64,000 nt of DNA from a virus, in IMG/VR virus record IMGVR_UViG_3300003323_000541, positions 1-64,000 of that record. One strand, 5' to 3'. Shown here one piece after another: positions 25,953 to 36,785 of the stretch. Below the pieces are notes generated by a model. The model was not told the origin of the DNA, did not search any database, and worked only from the letters and a program-made list of their open reading frames with translations. The first letter of the stretch is position 1. Each line of letters opens with the position of its first letter. A program made the position numbers and the translations under genes.

Positions 25953-26867
25953 ATGTCAAAAGAAGTAAAAGAAGCGAAAACAGTTAATTTTCTAAAAAGT
26001 AAAAAAGTTCTCGTTAAGGGAATTCATAGACCAGGAAAATGGGGAGCAATTCTTAAGAATGATGTTAACGACGTTAATATGTATCCGGGAACCTCAAGAT
26101 CTATGGACCTTCCTTATTGGGAAAAGATAGGAGCAAAGCCACAGGTGTTTGACAATCTCGAAAAGGTAGAGACTGTTCAATATCCTGGAGAACTAATGAC
26201 TCAACAAGAATTCTTCGAACGAATACTTGGTCTGGAAAAAGGAGCTTTGAACCCTAATAAGAAAGATTCTTTTTGGGCTAAGGATGAAAGATCCAGAGTA
26301 ATAGTTCCCAGAGAAGGTATAACCCTTGATCTATCTAGTCCTATTGGAATGATCAAATATGAGATCCTAAAGGCTAATAGAGATAAAATTGCACCAAGTT
26401 GGGGAGCTAGACTTAATAGTCCTGAATACCAATTTGCTTTGGTAGATGATGATGTAGAAACTGATAGCACAATTGAAACTATGACTAGCGAGATTGAGGC
26501 TATGGACTATTTCATTAGAGTTACTTCATCTAAAGAATCGATGTCTAACTTCATGAAATGTACAGGACAAGCTATTCCTGCTCAGATCAAAGAAGAAAAG
26601 CTTAAAGCCGATATCTTTAACATGATGAAGAATAAGCGCTCTGACTTCCTTAAGATTGCAAAAGATCCTAATTTTGAAGAACGAGTGTTTTTAGCAGATG
26701 GTGTTATCTGTGGAGCTATTCTTAAAACCGGTAGAAGTAAATATGAACTACCTGGAGGTTATGTAATAGGTGAATCAGATACAGAAGCTATTAAATGGCT
26801 TTTGAATCCAGAGAACATTAAAGCTAAACAAAAGATTCAATACCAAATAGAAAACTATACTAAATAA
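25953..26867 (+). CDS. crAss-like core protein downstream of MCP
   Basis: FW...GITLDLSSP...KY..L.AN..IAPS motif; synteny. Confidence 0.75.
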   Translation: MSKEVKEAKTVNFLKSKKVLVKGIHRPGKWGAILKNDVNDVNMYPGTSRSMDLPYWEKIGAKPQVFDNLEKVETVQYPGELMTQQEFFERILGLEKGALNPNKKDSFWAKDERSRVIVPREGITLDLSSPIGMIKYEILKANRDKIAPSWGARLNSPEYQFALVDDDVETDSTIETMTSEIEAMDYFIRVTSSKESMSNFMKCTGQAIPAQIKEEKLKADIFNMMKNKRSDFLKIAKDPNFEERVFLADGVICGAILKTGRSKYELPGGYVIGESDTEAIKWLLNPENIKAKQKIQYQIENYTK

Positions 26868-27754
26868 TGACGGCTAATGAGATGAGAGATGATATCAGAC
26901 TAAACTATGAGAAGATTACCTCATTAGGTGCTCCTGGTTTAGTAGATGCTGAATATTCTCTATTCTTATCAAAAGCTCAACGATTATTTGTATTAAACTG
27001 TTTAAATTATAAGAACAATAAAAATCAGGAAGGTTTAGAGGAAACAGAGTTAAGAAGACAAGGTCTATCGGCTCTTATTAAGGACTCTATGGACACTTCT
27101 TCAACTGGAACATCAATATCATCTACACAAGATGGAACTGTCCGTAATGGGCAATTTTGGGACTTACCGGAAGACTTTATGTATAGTCTGATGGAAGAAG
27201 CCTATATTGATCAAATAGATTGTACTGAGTATCCACATGCATTAGAAAAAGGTGATTACAACCCTTCTACAACTTATCAATTAAATCAGATAGTATTTTA
27301 TAACGATCAATTCTATCAAAGTCTTAGAAATAACAATTCAGAGATTCCTGAGAATACAGATTATTGGAAAGTTATAGATGGAGCCAATGTAGACATACGA
27401 CCGATATCACATAATGAATATCGCAAGAACTATCATAATCCTTATAAGAACCCATTCTTTGATGGATCAAGAGGATTAATCTGGAGAATGAACTACAGTA
27501 AAGAAACCCCCGTTTCTGATAAAAGACATGAACTAATCACTGATGGAACATTTAATGTTCTAAAATACAAGCTAAGATATCTTAAGAATCCTGTAGATAT
27601 CGTAGTTAATACAGCTGTACCAGTGAATCAGGTAAATAGTGAGCTAGATGAACGAACTCACGATGCTATATGTAAATTAGCAATAAATCTGATAGCTGAA
27701 GCAGTCAGGGAGCAAATACCTCCCACACAACCAGGATTCGCAATAAATGAGTAA
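26867..27754 (+). CDS. tail ring / head-tail connector protein with inserted CBM5/12-like module
   Basis: EYSLFLSKAQ, YKLRYLKNP, SELDERTHDAI motifs; insertion YNPSTTYQLNQIVFYNDQFYQSL...YWK. Confidence 0.7.
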   Translation: MTANEMRDDIRLNYEKITSLGAPGLVDAEYSLFLSKAQRLFVLNCLNYKNNKNQEGLEETELRRQGLSALIKDSMDTSSTGTSISSTQDGTVRNGQFWDLPEDFMYSLMEEAYIDQIDCTEYPHALEKGDYNPSTTYQLNQIVFYNDQFYQSLRNNNSEIPENTDYWKVIDGANVDIRPISHNEYRKNYHNPYKNPFFDGSRGLIWRMNYSKETPVSDKRHELITDGTFNVLKYKLRYLKNPVDIVVNTAVPVNQVNSELDERTHDAICKLAINLIAEAVREQIPPTQPGFAINE

Positions 27755-27774
27755 TTTTAATTTAATTAACTAAT

Positions 27775-29079
27775 ATGTTACGGACACAAGAAAATATCAC
27801 TAACGTGATAATCGCCAAGGACATCAGCCGAGCCATCTCAGCAGGAACTGTAGCTAGTCCCACTTCTCTTGCCGATGGTGAGGTTGTTGTCACTGACATG
27901 AGTTTGAGGGTTCTCACTTCAACCCAAGCATCTACCGCGGATAAGATTTTTATTGTACAAGGTAGAGGAACCAGTAAGCCAATTAAGAAGTATCTGGTTA
28001 AGAAATCAGATATAATTGGCTACACTGGTACACGATATACCGCAGCTGTGGAACAAGTATCGTATGTCGGATTTAATGGTACAAGTGGTACTATTGATGT
28101 TATTTCCGATAATAGCTACATTCTACGCTTCGATCGTAAAGTGAACCACTTCGTAAGAGGTAATCAACATTGGTATAAGTATGGACTCTTTGTATCTGAT
28201 TCCAGTGCAACTGTGAATGAGATAACTGATGGTCTTACTCTTAACTTTGTAGCTAACATCTTCGAAGATCGTAAGCTGGAAGATTTCCTTAAAGTAGAAC
28301 GGGTATGTTCTGATACTACTAATGATGTAGCTGTATCGAACAATGCAACTGTTACTAAAGGTTCTAAGTATGTAACCTTTGCTGGTAACGAAACTATTGC
28401 AGCCGGAGACTACGTTAGAATTGGAGGTACTACAGCAACTTCTCCGATGTATAAAGTCGCAACTGGTGTTACCGCTGGTACACAGATTGTCCTGGATCAA
28501 CCTTATGAAGGAACATCTGCAACAGTACTAGCAGCTAACTTCCTGGTTCTATCTGCAGCGAATGCGGCTGCTGCTAGCTGGGGAATTAAGTTCACAGGTA
28601 TGCCTTATAAGTTCGATGTATATCGCTGGGGAGATTACGAGAAGGTTCGCTTTAAACTTGGTATTGAGAACTTTGGTGCAACTACTATCACCTATGCTAC
28701 AGGAGCTTCTGAAGGCGTTGGAGTATATGAGGAAGTTGCTCTTAATGAATCCATGTCTTGGGCAAATGATGGTCAAACTATGATCATTCAGGTACCACCG
28801 CTTACTCGTGAAGCAGACGTCGTATCAGGAGAAGAGTATTCCCCTGTATCATTGGTACAGAATGTTGAGATTCATAATCTAACTTCTGCTGGTGATTTGC
28901 GATCAGAAATCCTTATCTACTGTGCAGTTAATACTGTAGGATCTCCTCACACCTTTGGGACTAATATCCGAAATGCTAACCCGGCAACTACTTCTGGTAC
29001 TAATACATCACTATTGAATGTTTTAGATGCATTTAAAGCAAGTGCAGTAGCTGTTTCGGTGGCTAACGACATTGACTAA
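27775..29079 (+). CDS. virion structural protein (auxiliary capsid-like)
   Basis: Thr/Ala/Gly-rich 434 aa, highly expressed codon bias, GASEGVGVYEEV motif; synteny. Confidence 0.6.
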   Translation: MLRTQENITNVIIAKDISRAISAGTVASPTSLADGEVVVTDMSLRVLTSTQASTADKIFIVQGRGTSKPIKKYLVKKSDIIGYTGTRYTAAVEQVSYVGFNGTSGTIDVISDNSYILRFDRKVNHFVRGNQHWYKYGLFVSDSSATVNEITDGLTLNFVANIFEDRKLEDFLKVERVCSDTTNDVAVSNNATVTKGSKYVTFAGNETIAAGDYVRIGGTTATSPMYKVATGVTAGTQIVLDQPYEGTSATVLAANFLVLSAANAAAASWGIKFTGMPYKFDVYRWGDYEKVRFKLGIENFGATTITYATGASEGVGVYEEVALNESMSWANDGQTMIIQVPPLTREADVVSGEEYSPVSLVQNVEIHNLTSAGDLRSEILIYCAVNTVGSPHTFGTNIRNANPATTSGTNTSLLNVLDAFKASAVAVSVANDID

Positions 29080-29124
29080 TTGTAGGGTACTTTCGGTACA
29101 TTAATTTAAAACCTATAATTTGCA

Positions 29125-29709
29125 ATGGCGCTTATACCAAAAATAAACGTTTGTCTTAAAAGCAATTGTACCGAGCTTCTGATTCAAGATACAACAGGTG
29201 CCTATGATCCCACCACTAACCCTGGTGGGTTCGGCGCACCTAATATAGCCCTTGGATCAGTTACAAGCGCCTTATTAACTATTACATTACCTGATAGCAC
29301 TTCTGTTACATTTGATATATTATCCATTCTGAACAGTCCTCCAACTATCGTAGATGGTAGATTCACTATCGACACCTATGATATGGGGGACTTTTCTTCT
29401 TCTGGTAAATTTCCAGATGGTATTTATGAATTTGAATACCTGATTGATGGACTATATTCCTATCATAGTAAGACATATTTCTTTTGTCAAACTATGTGCT
29501 GTGTAGATAAGATGTTCGCTAAGGTGGCTGAAAACGCTTGTGGATGTAATTGTGATTTGGACAAACTAATTAAAAAAGCTTTATTTGCAGAAGCTATTCT
29601 GTTGAGTGCATCTAAGTCTGGATTTAGCTGTGCTCAATTTGATAAAACTCAAAAGCTCATAGATATGGCTAAGAGATACTGCGATTTTAATGACTGTAAT
29701 TGTAAATAA
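29125..29709 (+). CDS. Cys-rich tail/collar protein
   Basis: DTTGAY...NPGGFG motif, Cys-rich C-terminus. Confidence 0.65.
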   Translation: MALIPKINVCLKSNCTELLIQDTTGAYDPTTNPGGFGAPNIALGSVTSALLTITLPDSTSVTFDILSILNSPPTIVDGRFTIDTYDMGDFSSSGKFPDGIYEFEYLIDGLYSYHSKTYFFCQTMCCVDKMFAKVAENACGCNCDLDKLIKKALFAEAILLSASKSGFSCAQFDKTQKLIDMAKRYCDFNDCNCK

Positions 29710-29710
29710 T

Positions 29711-30250
29711 ATGTGTGCAGGAAATTGTGGAGGCTGCTCCGATTGCAGTCAAATAACTTTAGAACAAATAGCTGGTCCCATAGGCCCACAAGGTCCTTCT
29801 GGAACAACTGTTATTTATTGGAACACTAATACCCTTACTAGTACCACAACTGGTTCTGATGTTCTTTTAGATACTTTCGTATTACCTGCTAATAGCTTAG
29901 CAACTAATGGAGATGAATTAGAGATAGAGATAACAGGAGCGTGGTTAAATAGCGCAATCAGATCTGTTAAACTAGAACTTAATAATCCTCCTGTAGTAAT
30001 AGCCCAATCGGGTGGCTCAGTTATTAACGGAGTATTTACTATTAATTCTGTTATTACTAGGGTATCGAATACTACTACTGAAGGTTATAGTCATGCTTCA
30101 TGGAATTCTGGAGCAGCTAATACAACTTTTGTTAGTAATTCATTTACTACTAACTTTAGTACTAATCAGAATATAAAGATTTATATTAACCAAGATACAG
30201 CTTCTTCGGTTAGAATTGATTCAATAAAAATTAAAAAAGCTTTAGTATAA
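29711..30250 (+). CDS. tail fibre/spike-associated protein
   Basis: Cys-rich N-terminus MCAGNCGGCSDC, short collagen-like GPIGPQGPSG, beta-rich body. Confidence 0.65.
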   Translation: MCAGNCGGCSDCSQITLEQIAGPIGPQGPSGTTVIYWNTNTLTSTTTGSDVLLDTFVLPANSLATNGDELEIEITGAWLNSAIRSVKLELNNPPVVIAQSGGSVINGVFTINSVITRVSNTTTEGYSHASWNSGAANTTFVSNSFTTNFSTNQNIKIYINQDTASSVRIDSIKIKKALV

Positions 30251-31344
30251 TGCCTATCTACAACGGAACTTTTTCTCAAACTCTCACATCTGGTGGAGGC
30301 ACTATTAATCTCACAGTAGCTGATCCAACGATCACAAAATATGAATTAAAAGGATCTACTACCTTAACTGGTTCATGGACTATCCAACCAACTGGTACCC
30401 CAGCTCATGGTATGGAATTTGATATAAGATATCAAGCAGATATAACTCTTGATGGTAATAATATTACTATTTTTGGTGTACCACTAACAGAAGCACAAGC
30501 AGTATCAGATCTAACTATAACAGCATTCTATGATGGTTCCGTTTGGGATGTAGATATAATCGATAATGCATTAGCTCCTACAAATGGGGTTACATACATA
30601 GGTTCTAGATTCGGATTAGGAGGTTCTCTTGCACAAGATACTCAGATTGATAAATCTGGAAATACTATAGAAATAACAGATGAAAGTTTTTCGTTTGTTA
30701 TGGGAGAAAAAGAAATTGTTCCTACTGTGAATGTTCCGTACAGTGGATTTTTCTACAATGAAAGTGCAGGAAATATTGCAATGTTCGGTAGGGTTGATAG
30801 TACATCTTTAGGTGGGTCTGACGAATTTGTTGCTAGATTTGCTGAAACTTCTGGAGATACTTCTCGCGGATTGTCGATAGGTTCATCTAGAATGGCTTTA
30901 GAATACGCTGATAGTGTTAATACGGTAAGTAATGGAGTAGTAATAAGACCAGATCGAGTATTTCTTTCGGTATATAGACCTGACGGATCTGCTCAATTTG
31001 GGTTCAATGCTTTCGATGGTACAGATATTATTGCAGAGTGTGCTGATCACTACGCTTGGGACCCTGCTCTTAATTTAGATATTGCTCTTGTACAAACAAC
31101 GATGTCACATGTGAATCAGAGATTTGCATATAATACTACCCCAGGTTCTGAAGAATATAATAGAACAATACTTGATTCTAATGGATTTACCATCGAATGT
31201 TCTGGAGGTGAAGTTGACGATAAATTTGTAAGAATTGTTGGAATGTTACAGAATTTCTCTAATGATTCAGCAGCCGCTTCAGGTGGTGTTCCCGTAAATG
31301 GTCTATATAGAAATGGTTCAGTAGTAATGATAAGAGTATCCTAA
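30250..31344 (+). CDS. tail fibre/spike protein
   Basis: beta-rich; C-terminal NDSAAASGGVPVNGLYRNG motif; central part paralogous to 32254-33318. Confidence 0.7.
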   Translation: MPIYNGTFSQTLTSGGGTINLTVADPTITKYELKGSTTLTGSWTIQPTGTPAHGMEFDIRYQADITLDGNNITIFGVPLTEAQAVSDLTITAFYDGSVWDVDIIDNALAPTNGVTYIGSRFGLGGSLAQDTQIDKSGNTIEITDESFSFVMGEKEIVPTVNVPYSGFFYNESAGNIAMFGRVDSTSLGGSDEFVARFAETSGDTSRGLSIGSSRMALEYADSVNTVSNGVVIRPDRVFLSVYRPDGSAQFGFNAFDGTDIIAECADHYAWDPALNLDIALVQTTMSHVNQRFAYNTTPGSEEYNRTILDSNGFTIECSGGEVDDKFVRIVGMLQNFSNDSAAASGGVPVNGLYRNGSVVMIRVS

Positions 31345-31345
31345 T

Positions 31346-31927
31346 ATGACTAGAGAATGTCTTGAAAAATATATAAATAGTATTCAATGTAAATTCATTG
31401 AATATTCTTATGATTATGCTTATAAACTTCAACTTGGTACACAATGTGATCGTACTGAGCTTTTTATGGAATTAACATCAGCATATTTAAAAAGATTATA
31501 TGGATATCAAGCATTCGAAAGTGATGTTACATATGCATATTCTATTTCTCTAAATAGAAATGATGGTGATAACATAGATGTTACAATAACAATCGACGGA
31601 GATAATTATACATATACTGGTTCTGGAGATCTATTAGAAATATTCTCAACTTTAGCACAATCAATCGGAAGTTCGTCCTCATATAATTTCGAAACAGAGA
31701 TCCAGAACGGTATATTGTATATATATTCTTACGATACTAACTTAACATTTGCTGCTAGCACATCAGCATCAATAACACAACTACCAACCCAATATAATAC
31801 AATTACAGCTACTAATCTACAGACTAACTACGATATAATACTAGATGGTAAAAACTGTCTTACGGTACACGAACTATGTAGTGTTATCAAACATAGCTAT
31901 GATATACTAGAAGATTGTAATTGTTAA
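31346..31927 (+). CDS. tail hub/collar-like protein
   Basis: NCLT...C-terminal CNC; tail module. Confidence 0.6.
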   Translation: MTRECLEKYINSIQCKFIEYSYDYAYKLQLGTQCDRTELFMELTSAYLKRLYGYQAFESDVTYAYSISLNRNDGDNIDVTITIDGDNYTYTGSGDLLEIFSTLAQSIGSSSSYNFETEIQNGILYIYSYDTNLTFAASTSASITQLPTQYNTITATNLQTNYDIILDGKNCLTVHELCSVIKHSYDILEDCNC

Positions 31928-31939
31928 TTTTAAATTAAT

Positions 31940-32254
31940 ATGGCTAACATAGTAACCAATGATCTAAATAAAATAGTACATAGATTGGCTCCTTTACAGG
32001 GCCTTTCTAATGATACAATCACCGTTAGTGGTGTAACTACCCTAACAGTTCCAGATGGTGCACGAGGAGCTCTAATAACCGTTGAAACAGCTGATATAAG
32101 ATATTGGGAGGATGGATCTGATCCAACTTCTTCTGATGGACTATTAAGATCAGCAGGTTCAGCTTTCGAGATCCTTAGTGCATATGGACTAACTCATTTT
32201 AAATGCATTGAAGTATCTGGTTCTCCGGTTATTCAAGTTCAATTTTACAAGTAA
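31940..32254 (+). CDS. small virion beta protein
   Basis: LTVPDGA..ALITVE.ADIRYWEDGSDPT motif. Confidence 0.65.
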   Translation: MANIVTNDLNKIVHRLAPLQGLSNDTITVSGVTTLTVPDGARGALITVETADIRYWEDGSDPTSSDGLLRSAGSAFEILSAYGLTHFKCIEVSGSPVIQVQFYK

Positions 32255-33318
32255 TGGGAAACTTAGTTAAATCAAAGATATTTACAGCAGATGGTTCTGG
32301 GGGAGGTGGAGCAGGAGGCTTCACAACTGCAGATAATGGTCTTCAGGATCTGGGATCTAGCACTATCGGACTTGGTGGAACTCTTGATCAGAACACTAAT
32401 ATAGATCTTGATGGTAATTCCTTTGCAATAGAAGATACAGGTAAATCTCTTGTTCTTGGGCAGTTTGAGATAGCTCCTTCTACATTTGTACCATTTCATG
32501 GACTAATTACAAGGGAATCTCCAGGGAACATTGGAGTATTTGGAAGATGGGATACAAGTGGTCTGGGAGGTGATGATCAATTTACTGTTGCGTTCATTGA
32601 TCAGGCTAATCAAGTGGTAAATGGTCTTAATGTATACACAAGTAAGCTAGCGCTTAGTCTATATGCCCCTGATGGATCAACACAGGTTGGCTTTACTGCT
32701 TATGATGGAACAGGAGGATTTACCCACACTGCTGATATGTTTTATTACGATGTAGCATCAGATATAGATTTGTCATTAATTCAAGCTAAATCTGATTCTG
32801 CTATGTTAATGACTTGTTACGATGTAACTCCTGGCTTTGAAAAATTCCATAGATTTGAAGTAAATACACAAGGCTTACAAGGATTTTTAGATGGTTTTGA
32901 AGTTATACATGCAGAACTATCTTCTGGATCAGTATTAGTAAATATCGGTGACCTCTCTGGTAGTGGTTTAGGATCTACAATAGTAATAGACGACAATAAT
33001 GGAGAGGTAATAGCAGAAGCAGATACCGTATATTTAAATACTCCAAACTTAAGGATAACCAAGACTATAACACCAACAGGTACTACCGGAGATCAGGTGA
33101 TAAATACACCTGCTGGGTCCGTTAATTTTGCACCAACTGATGCAAGTATTACAGTAACTAATTCACTTGTCGATGCTAATAGTATTATTCTATTAACTAG
33201 ACAAACAGATCTCACACTTACCTCTGTATCGTACACTGCTACTAGTGGAGCATTTACGATAACTCCGAATAATTTCGCTACAACAGAAACCAGAGTAGAT
33301 TTTTTAATAATAAATTAA
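32254..33318 (+). CDS. tail fibre/spike protein
   Basis: paralog of 30250-31344; C-terminal ITVTNSLVDANSII module. Confidence 0.7.
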   Translation: MGNLVKSKIFTADGSGGGGAGGFTTADNGLQDLGSSTIGLGGTLDQNTNIDLDGNSFAIEDTGKSLVLGQFEIAPSTFVPFHGLITRESPGNIGVFGRWDTSGLGGDDQFTVAFIDQANQVVNGLNVYTSKLALSLYAPDGSTQVGFTAYDGTGGFTHTADMFYYDVASDIDLSLIQAKSDSAMLMTCYDVTPGFEKFHRFEVNTQGLQGFLDGFEVIHAELSSGSVLVNIGDLSGSGLGSTIVIDDNNGEVIAEADTVYLNTPNLRITKTITPTGTTGDQVINTPAGSVNFAPTDASITVTNSLVDANSIILLTRQTDLTLTSVSYTATSGAFTITPNNFATTETRVDFLIIN

Positions 33319-33346
33319 TAACAAATAATAAAAGATTTAATAAATA

Positions 33347-34594
33347 ATGGCAGCATCAGATGTATACCAAATGGTCCGCAACGCGGCTAACACCGGAAAT
33401 AACCTATTAATACTTCCTCACCCAGGATTAGGCGTTGATGGAATGATGGGTTTTAACGGAGCAACCATGTTACCGCAACTCTTTAAATTCGGACCAACAC
33501 TTGATTACGATAATGTATTAAATACTTTAAACGCAGTAATTGGTCTATCTGATGTCTCAGGATTAACAACAGCCCTTGCTGATAAACAAGATGCTGCTCC
33601 AGAACTTGATCAAATAGTAGCTCTAACAGGAGATGCTGATAAGGCTATTCACACAGATGGTAGTGGAAACATTGTATCTGCTACAAAGTCAGGATTCACC
33701 TCATGGTTAAGTTTAACTTTATCCGATATATCTAATTGGTCACAACCAGACTGGAATGCTGTTTCAGGCTCAGGACAAATACTAAATAAACCCAGTATTC
33801 CTGCAGCACAAGTGAACAGTGATTGGAATTCAGTCTCTGGTGTATCTCAGATATTAAATAAGCCTTCATTGTCCGCGGTAGCTACCAGTGGATCATATTC
33901 TGATCTAAGTGGTACCCCTACTATACCATCTAACACTAATCAATTGACAAATGGAGCAGGATTTATAACTGCATCTAGTACTAATACATTAACTAACAAA
34001 AGTGGTAATATTAGCCAATGGACTAATGATAGTGGATATTTAACAGGTATTAACTCTGGACAGGTAACTACAGCTCTTGGCTTCACTCCATACAATGCTA
34101 CTAATCCTAATAGCTATGTGAATCAAGCAGGAGCAAGAACATCAATCTCATTAACTACTACAGGAACATCAGGCGCAGCTACGTACAATAATAGTACAGG
34201 TGTTCTAAATATTCCTCAGTATACCACTCCATCAGCTCCGACTTTTAACAATAACGTGAGCAGATCTTTAAGTAATGCTGCAGGATCAACAAATCAATAT
34301 ACAATATCGACTACACAAAATGCAAGAGTTACCTACAGTCTAACAATGAACTTTAGTATTACAGCATTGGTAGCATCTTCTGCTACTGTATTCCTTGAAT
34401 ATTCCACCAATGGTGGATCTACTTGGATAACGGTATCACAAGTAAATACAAGCTTTAATCTTGGATTAACATTGTCTGGTAGCAACGATCTTTCCCTATC
34501 AGGAGAGATTCCAGCAAATGCTCTGGTAAGATTACGACCAGCCCTTACAAATGCAACTGTATCTTACACCAGAGGACAAGAGGTACTCTACTAA
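33347..34594 (+). CDS. tail fibre protein
   Basis: repeated DWNxVSG.xQILNKP, VATSGSYSDL and TALGFTPY fibre motifs. Confidence 0.8.
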   Translation: MAASDVYQMVRNAANTGNNLLILPHPGLGVDGMMGFNGATMLPQLFKFGPTLDYDNVLNTLNAVIGLSDVSGLTTALADKQDAAPELDQIVALTGDADKAIHTDGSGNIVSATKSGFTSWLSLTLSDISNWSQPDWNAVSGSGQILNKPSIPAAQVNSDWNSVSGVSQILNKPSLSAVATSGSYSDLSGTPTIPSNTNQLTNGAGFITASSTNTLTNKSGNISQWTNDSGYLTGINSGQVTTALGFTPYNATNPNSYVNQAGARTSISLTTTGTSGAATYNNSTGVLNIPQYTTPSAPTFNNNVSRSLSNAAGSTNQYTISTTQNARVTYSLTMNFSITALVASSATVFLEYSTNGGSTWITVSQVNTSFNLGLTLSGSNDLSLSGEIPANALVRLRPALTNATVSYTRGQEVLY

Positions 34595-34608
34595 TTAAAT
34601 TATAGAAA

Positions 34609-34899
34609 ATGCTAAAACTCCTATTCCTAACTAAAACAGCAATCTTTAATATAGTAACATTTTTATTCAATAAGCTAGGGGACAAGCCGATGATTGGAGC
34701 GGCTTTAACTGGTATACAACTTACAGGAGCTATAGTAGCTTTAAGAGATATGCTACAAGCCTGTGCTTATGCTGGAACAACAGTTGTTGCTATATTAACG
34801 GCTATAGCGTTTATAAGAAGACATACAAGGTTATTAGATAGTGTAAAGTTCTTTAAACCTTTGACAAAGAATGAAGAAGACGATAAAGGTATTAAATAG
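34609..34899 (+). CDS. membrane protein, holin/antiholin candidate
   Basis: hydrophobic helices, charged C-terminus, near endolysin. Confidence 0.5.
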   Translation: MLKLLFLTKTAIFNIVTFLFNKLGDKPMIGAALTGIQLTGAIVALRDMLQACAYAGTTVVAILTAIAFIRRHTRLLDSVKFFKPLTKNEEDDKGIK

Positions 34900-35230
34900 T
34901 TTCATAAAGGATGTATATGGTATATTCTGTGGTAAAGATGGTAAACTCTCTGGTAAGAGAATCTTTGCTATTGCAATGACCATACATTTTATGTATTTGG
35001 TAAACCGTTGTATAAAGGTTATAACTGACCTGGTAGAATATACTACTAAATGTGAAGGTAATATAAACCCTGAAGCTATAGTTGGTGTGCTCAGTTCGTT
35101 AGGAAATGTAGCTTTTATACTAGGAACAGAAGCTGGCTTAATAGCAGCCTTCTGGGCATTTACTACGTACAATCAAATTAAATCAGATAGTGGTACATCT
35201 TCCACTATTATAAAAGGAGAAGAACCATGA
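34871..35230 (+). CDS. holin-like protein
   Basis: GKLSGKR motif plus two TM segments directly upstream of endolysin. Confidence 0.6.
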   Translation: MKKTIKVLNSFIKDVYGIFCGKDGKLSGKRIFAIAMTIHFMYLVNRCIKVITDLVEYTTKCEGNINPEAIVGVLSSLGNVAFILGTEAGLIAAFWAFTTYNQIKSDSGTSSTIIKGEEP

Positions 35231-35796
35231 AATACACAGCAGAACAAATAATTAAAAGAATGTCCGAACTTAAACTACGGACAGCTATACCTTCAGATTA
35301 TTGGATTTGTGGTATAAGAAGTTCAGCCGATGCTCCGGATAAATTTGACGATGAATTTTATTTATTTAAAGGAACATCGATCATAAAAGCAACAACAGGT
35401 ACTACCAATCCTGGTAAACCGGTATTAACTGGAGGATTCAAAAAATACAATAAACTAGGAGCAGCAGTTGTAGCTTCTAATGTATATTATCAAAAACTGT
35501 GGACATTTGGTTATCATAATGGTAAAGTTAAAGCTCTAAAACAAACAGGACCAATACTTGTATATAGAGATGGAGATATGGACTCTAAGTCCGAAGAACT
35601 AGGAAAACCTGTACAGGGAGATTTCGATATTAACTTCCACTGTGCTACATACAAGCTAGCGGGTTTAGTTCGTACATCAATTGGGGCATTTTCAGCCGGT
35701 TGCATGGTTTGCAATAACGATAATGATTATAGTTTCATTATAGACACAGTAAAGAATCAGAAGCTCATAGATTTTTGTCTATTAAAAGAATTTTAA
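35227..35796 (+). CDS. endolysin candidate (YkuD/L,D-transpeptidase-like His/Cys motif)
   Basis: GIR...DKFDD...TTNPG...INFH...SAGC; position in lysis cassette. Confidence 0.65.
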   Translation: MKYTAEQIIKRMSELKLRTAIPSDYWICGIRSSADAPDKFDDEFYLFKGTSIIKATTGTTNPGKPVLTGGFKKYNKLGAAVVASNVYYQKLWTFGYHNGKVKALKQTGPILVYRDGDMDSKSEELGKPVQGDFDINFHCATYKLAGLVRTSIGAFSAGCMVCNNDNDYSFIIDTVKNQKLIDFCLLKEF

Positions 35797-35814
35797 CATT
35801 TAAATAAAAGAAAA

Positions 35815-36426
35815 ATGGCTAATCAATTAGAAAAAGCAGCACTATCAAGAACAAGCACTGTATCAGACGGTGATCTCTTGTTAGTTATAGACGGAGGTAC
35901 CGGACTCAAGAAAAACGCCGGAAACATGTTGATTAATTATTCTACATTCAAATCCGGACTAGCATCTGATATTGGTGATGTTACTGCTGATAGTGTTTCA
36001 ACTGATACTATCACTGAGGATACATCTGGAGCAGGTGTTACAGTAGATGGTGTAGTGGCTAAAGATGGTATAGTTATATCTAAACCCACTCCTGTAGCTA
36101 TTAACGCTACAGCAACTGCTACAGCAGCTCAAATACTCTCCGGATATATTACATCTACATCAGCCGCTGCAGTAACTCTAACACTCCCTTTAGCAGCAGA
36201 TTTAGCAACTGCACTTGGAGCTACAAGAGGTACATCATTTGAATTTGCTGTAGATAACTCTGCCGGAGCTAATACAGTAACAGTAGCAGTTAACACAGGT
36301 ATTACAACCAATACTCCTGCTATTACCGGTGGGTCCACACTAACAGTGTCCACAGCCAACGCAGTAGGTATATTTAGAATTGTATTTATTACCGCTACAA
36401 CTGCTAAGATTTTTAGAATAGCATAA
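35815..36426 (+). CDS. Ala/Thr-rich virion fibre/decoration protein
   Basis: ATATAAQILSGYITSTSAAAVTLTLP motif. Confidence 0.65.
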   Translation: MANQLEKAALSRTSTVSDGDLLLVIDGGTGLKKNAGNMLINYSTFKSGLASDIGDVTADSVSTDTITEDTSGAGVTVDGVVAKDGIVISKPTPVAINATATATAAQILSGYITSTSAAAVTLTLPLAADLATALGATRGTSFEFAVDNSAGANTVTVAVNTGITTNTPAITGGSTLTVSTANAVGIFRIVFITATTAKIFRIA

Positions 36427-36785
36427 TGAAAGCTAAAACCGCTTATATATTAATAGGAACTCTAGGGCTGCTTTGTGTGGCTCTAGGGATCTTATTAGGT
36501 ATAAATATGGGTAAAAATAACACTAAGTCAAAAGAGATTGAAGCAAGAGAAGATTCTATCATAGTTCTTCAAACACAGAGAACTCAAATGGAAGAGGATA
36601 TAGCATCTTTAACAGAAGAGATCAACAATCAATATGGAAAGCTTCAATATATGACAAGAGAAGTTAAACGCCTAAAAAAGAAAGTTGATGAAAAAGTTGA
36701 TTCTGTTGGTCGCCTCAATGACCATGATACATTTTTGTACACCACAAAATACCTCACCAGCAGAGATACAACTGAACGGCGTTAG
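36426..36785 (+). CDS. i-spanin-like protein
   Basis: N-terminal TM plus coiled coil, downstream of endolysin. Confidence 0.55.
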   Translation: MKAKTAYILIGTLGLLCVALGILLGINMGKNNTKSKEIEAREDSIIVLQTQRTQMEEDIASLTEEINNQYGKLQYMTREVKRLKKKVDEKVDSVGRLNDHDTFLYTTKYLTSRDTTERR

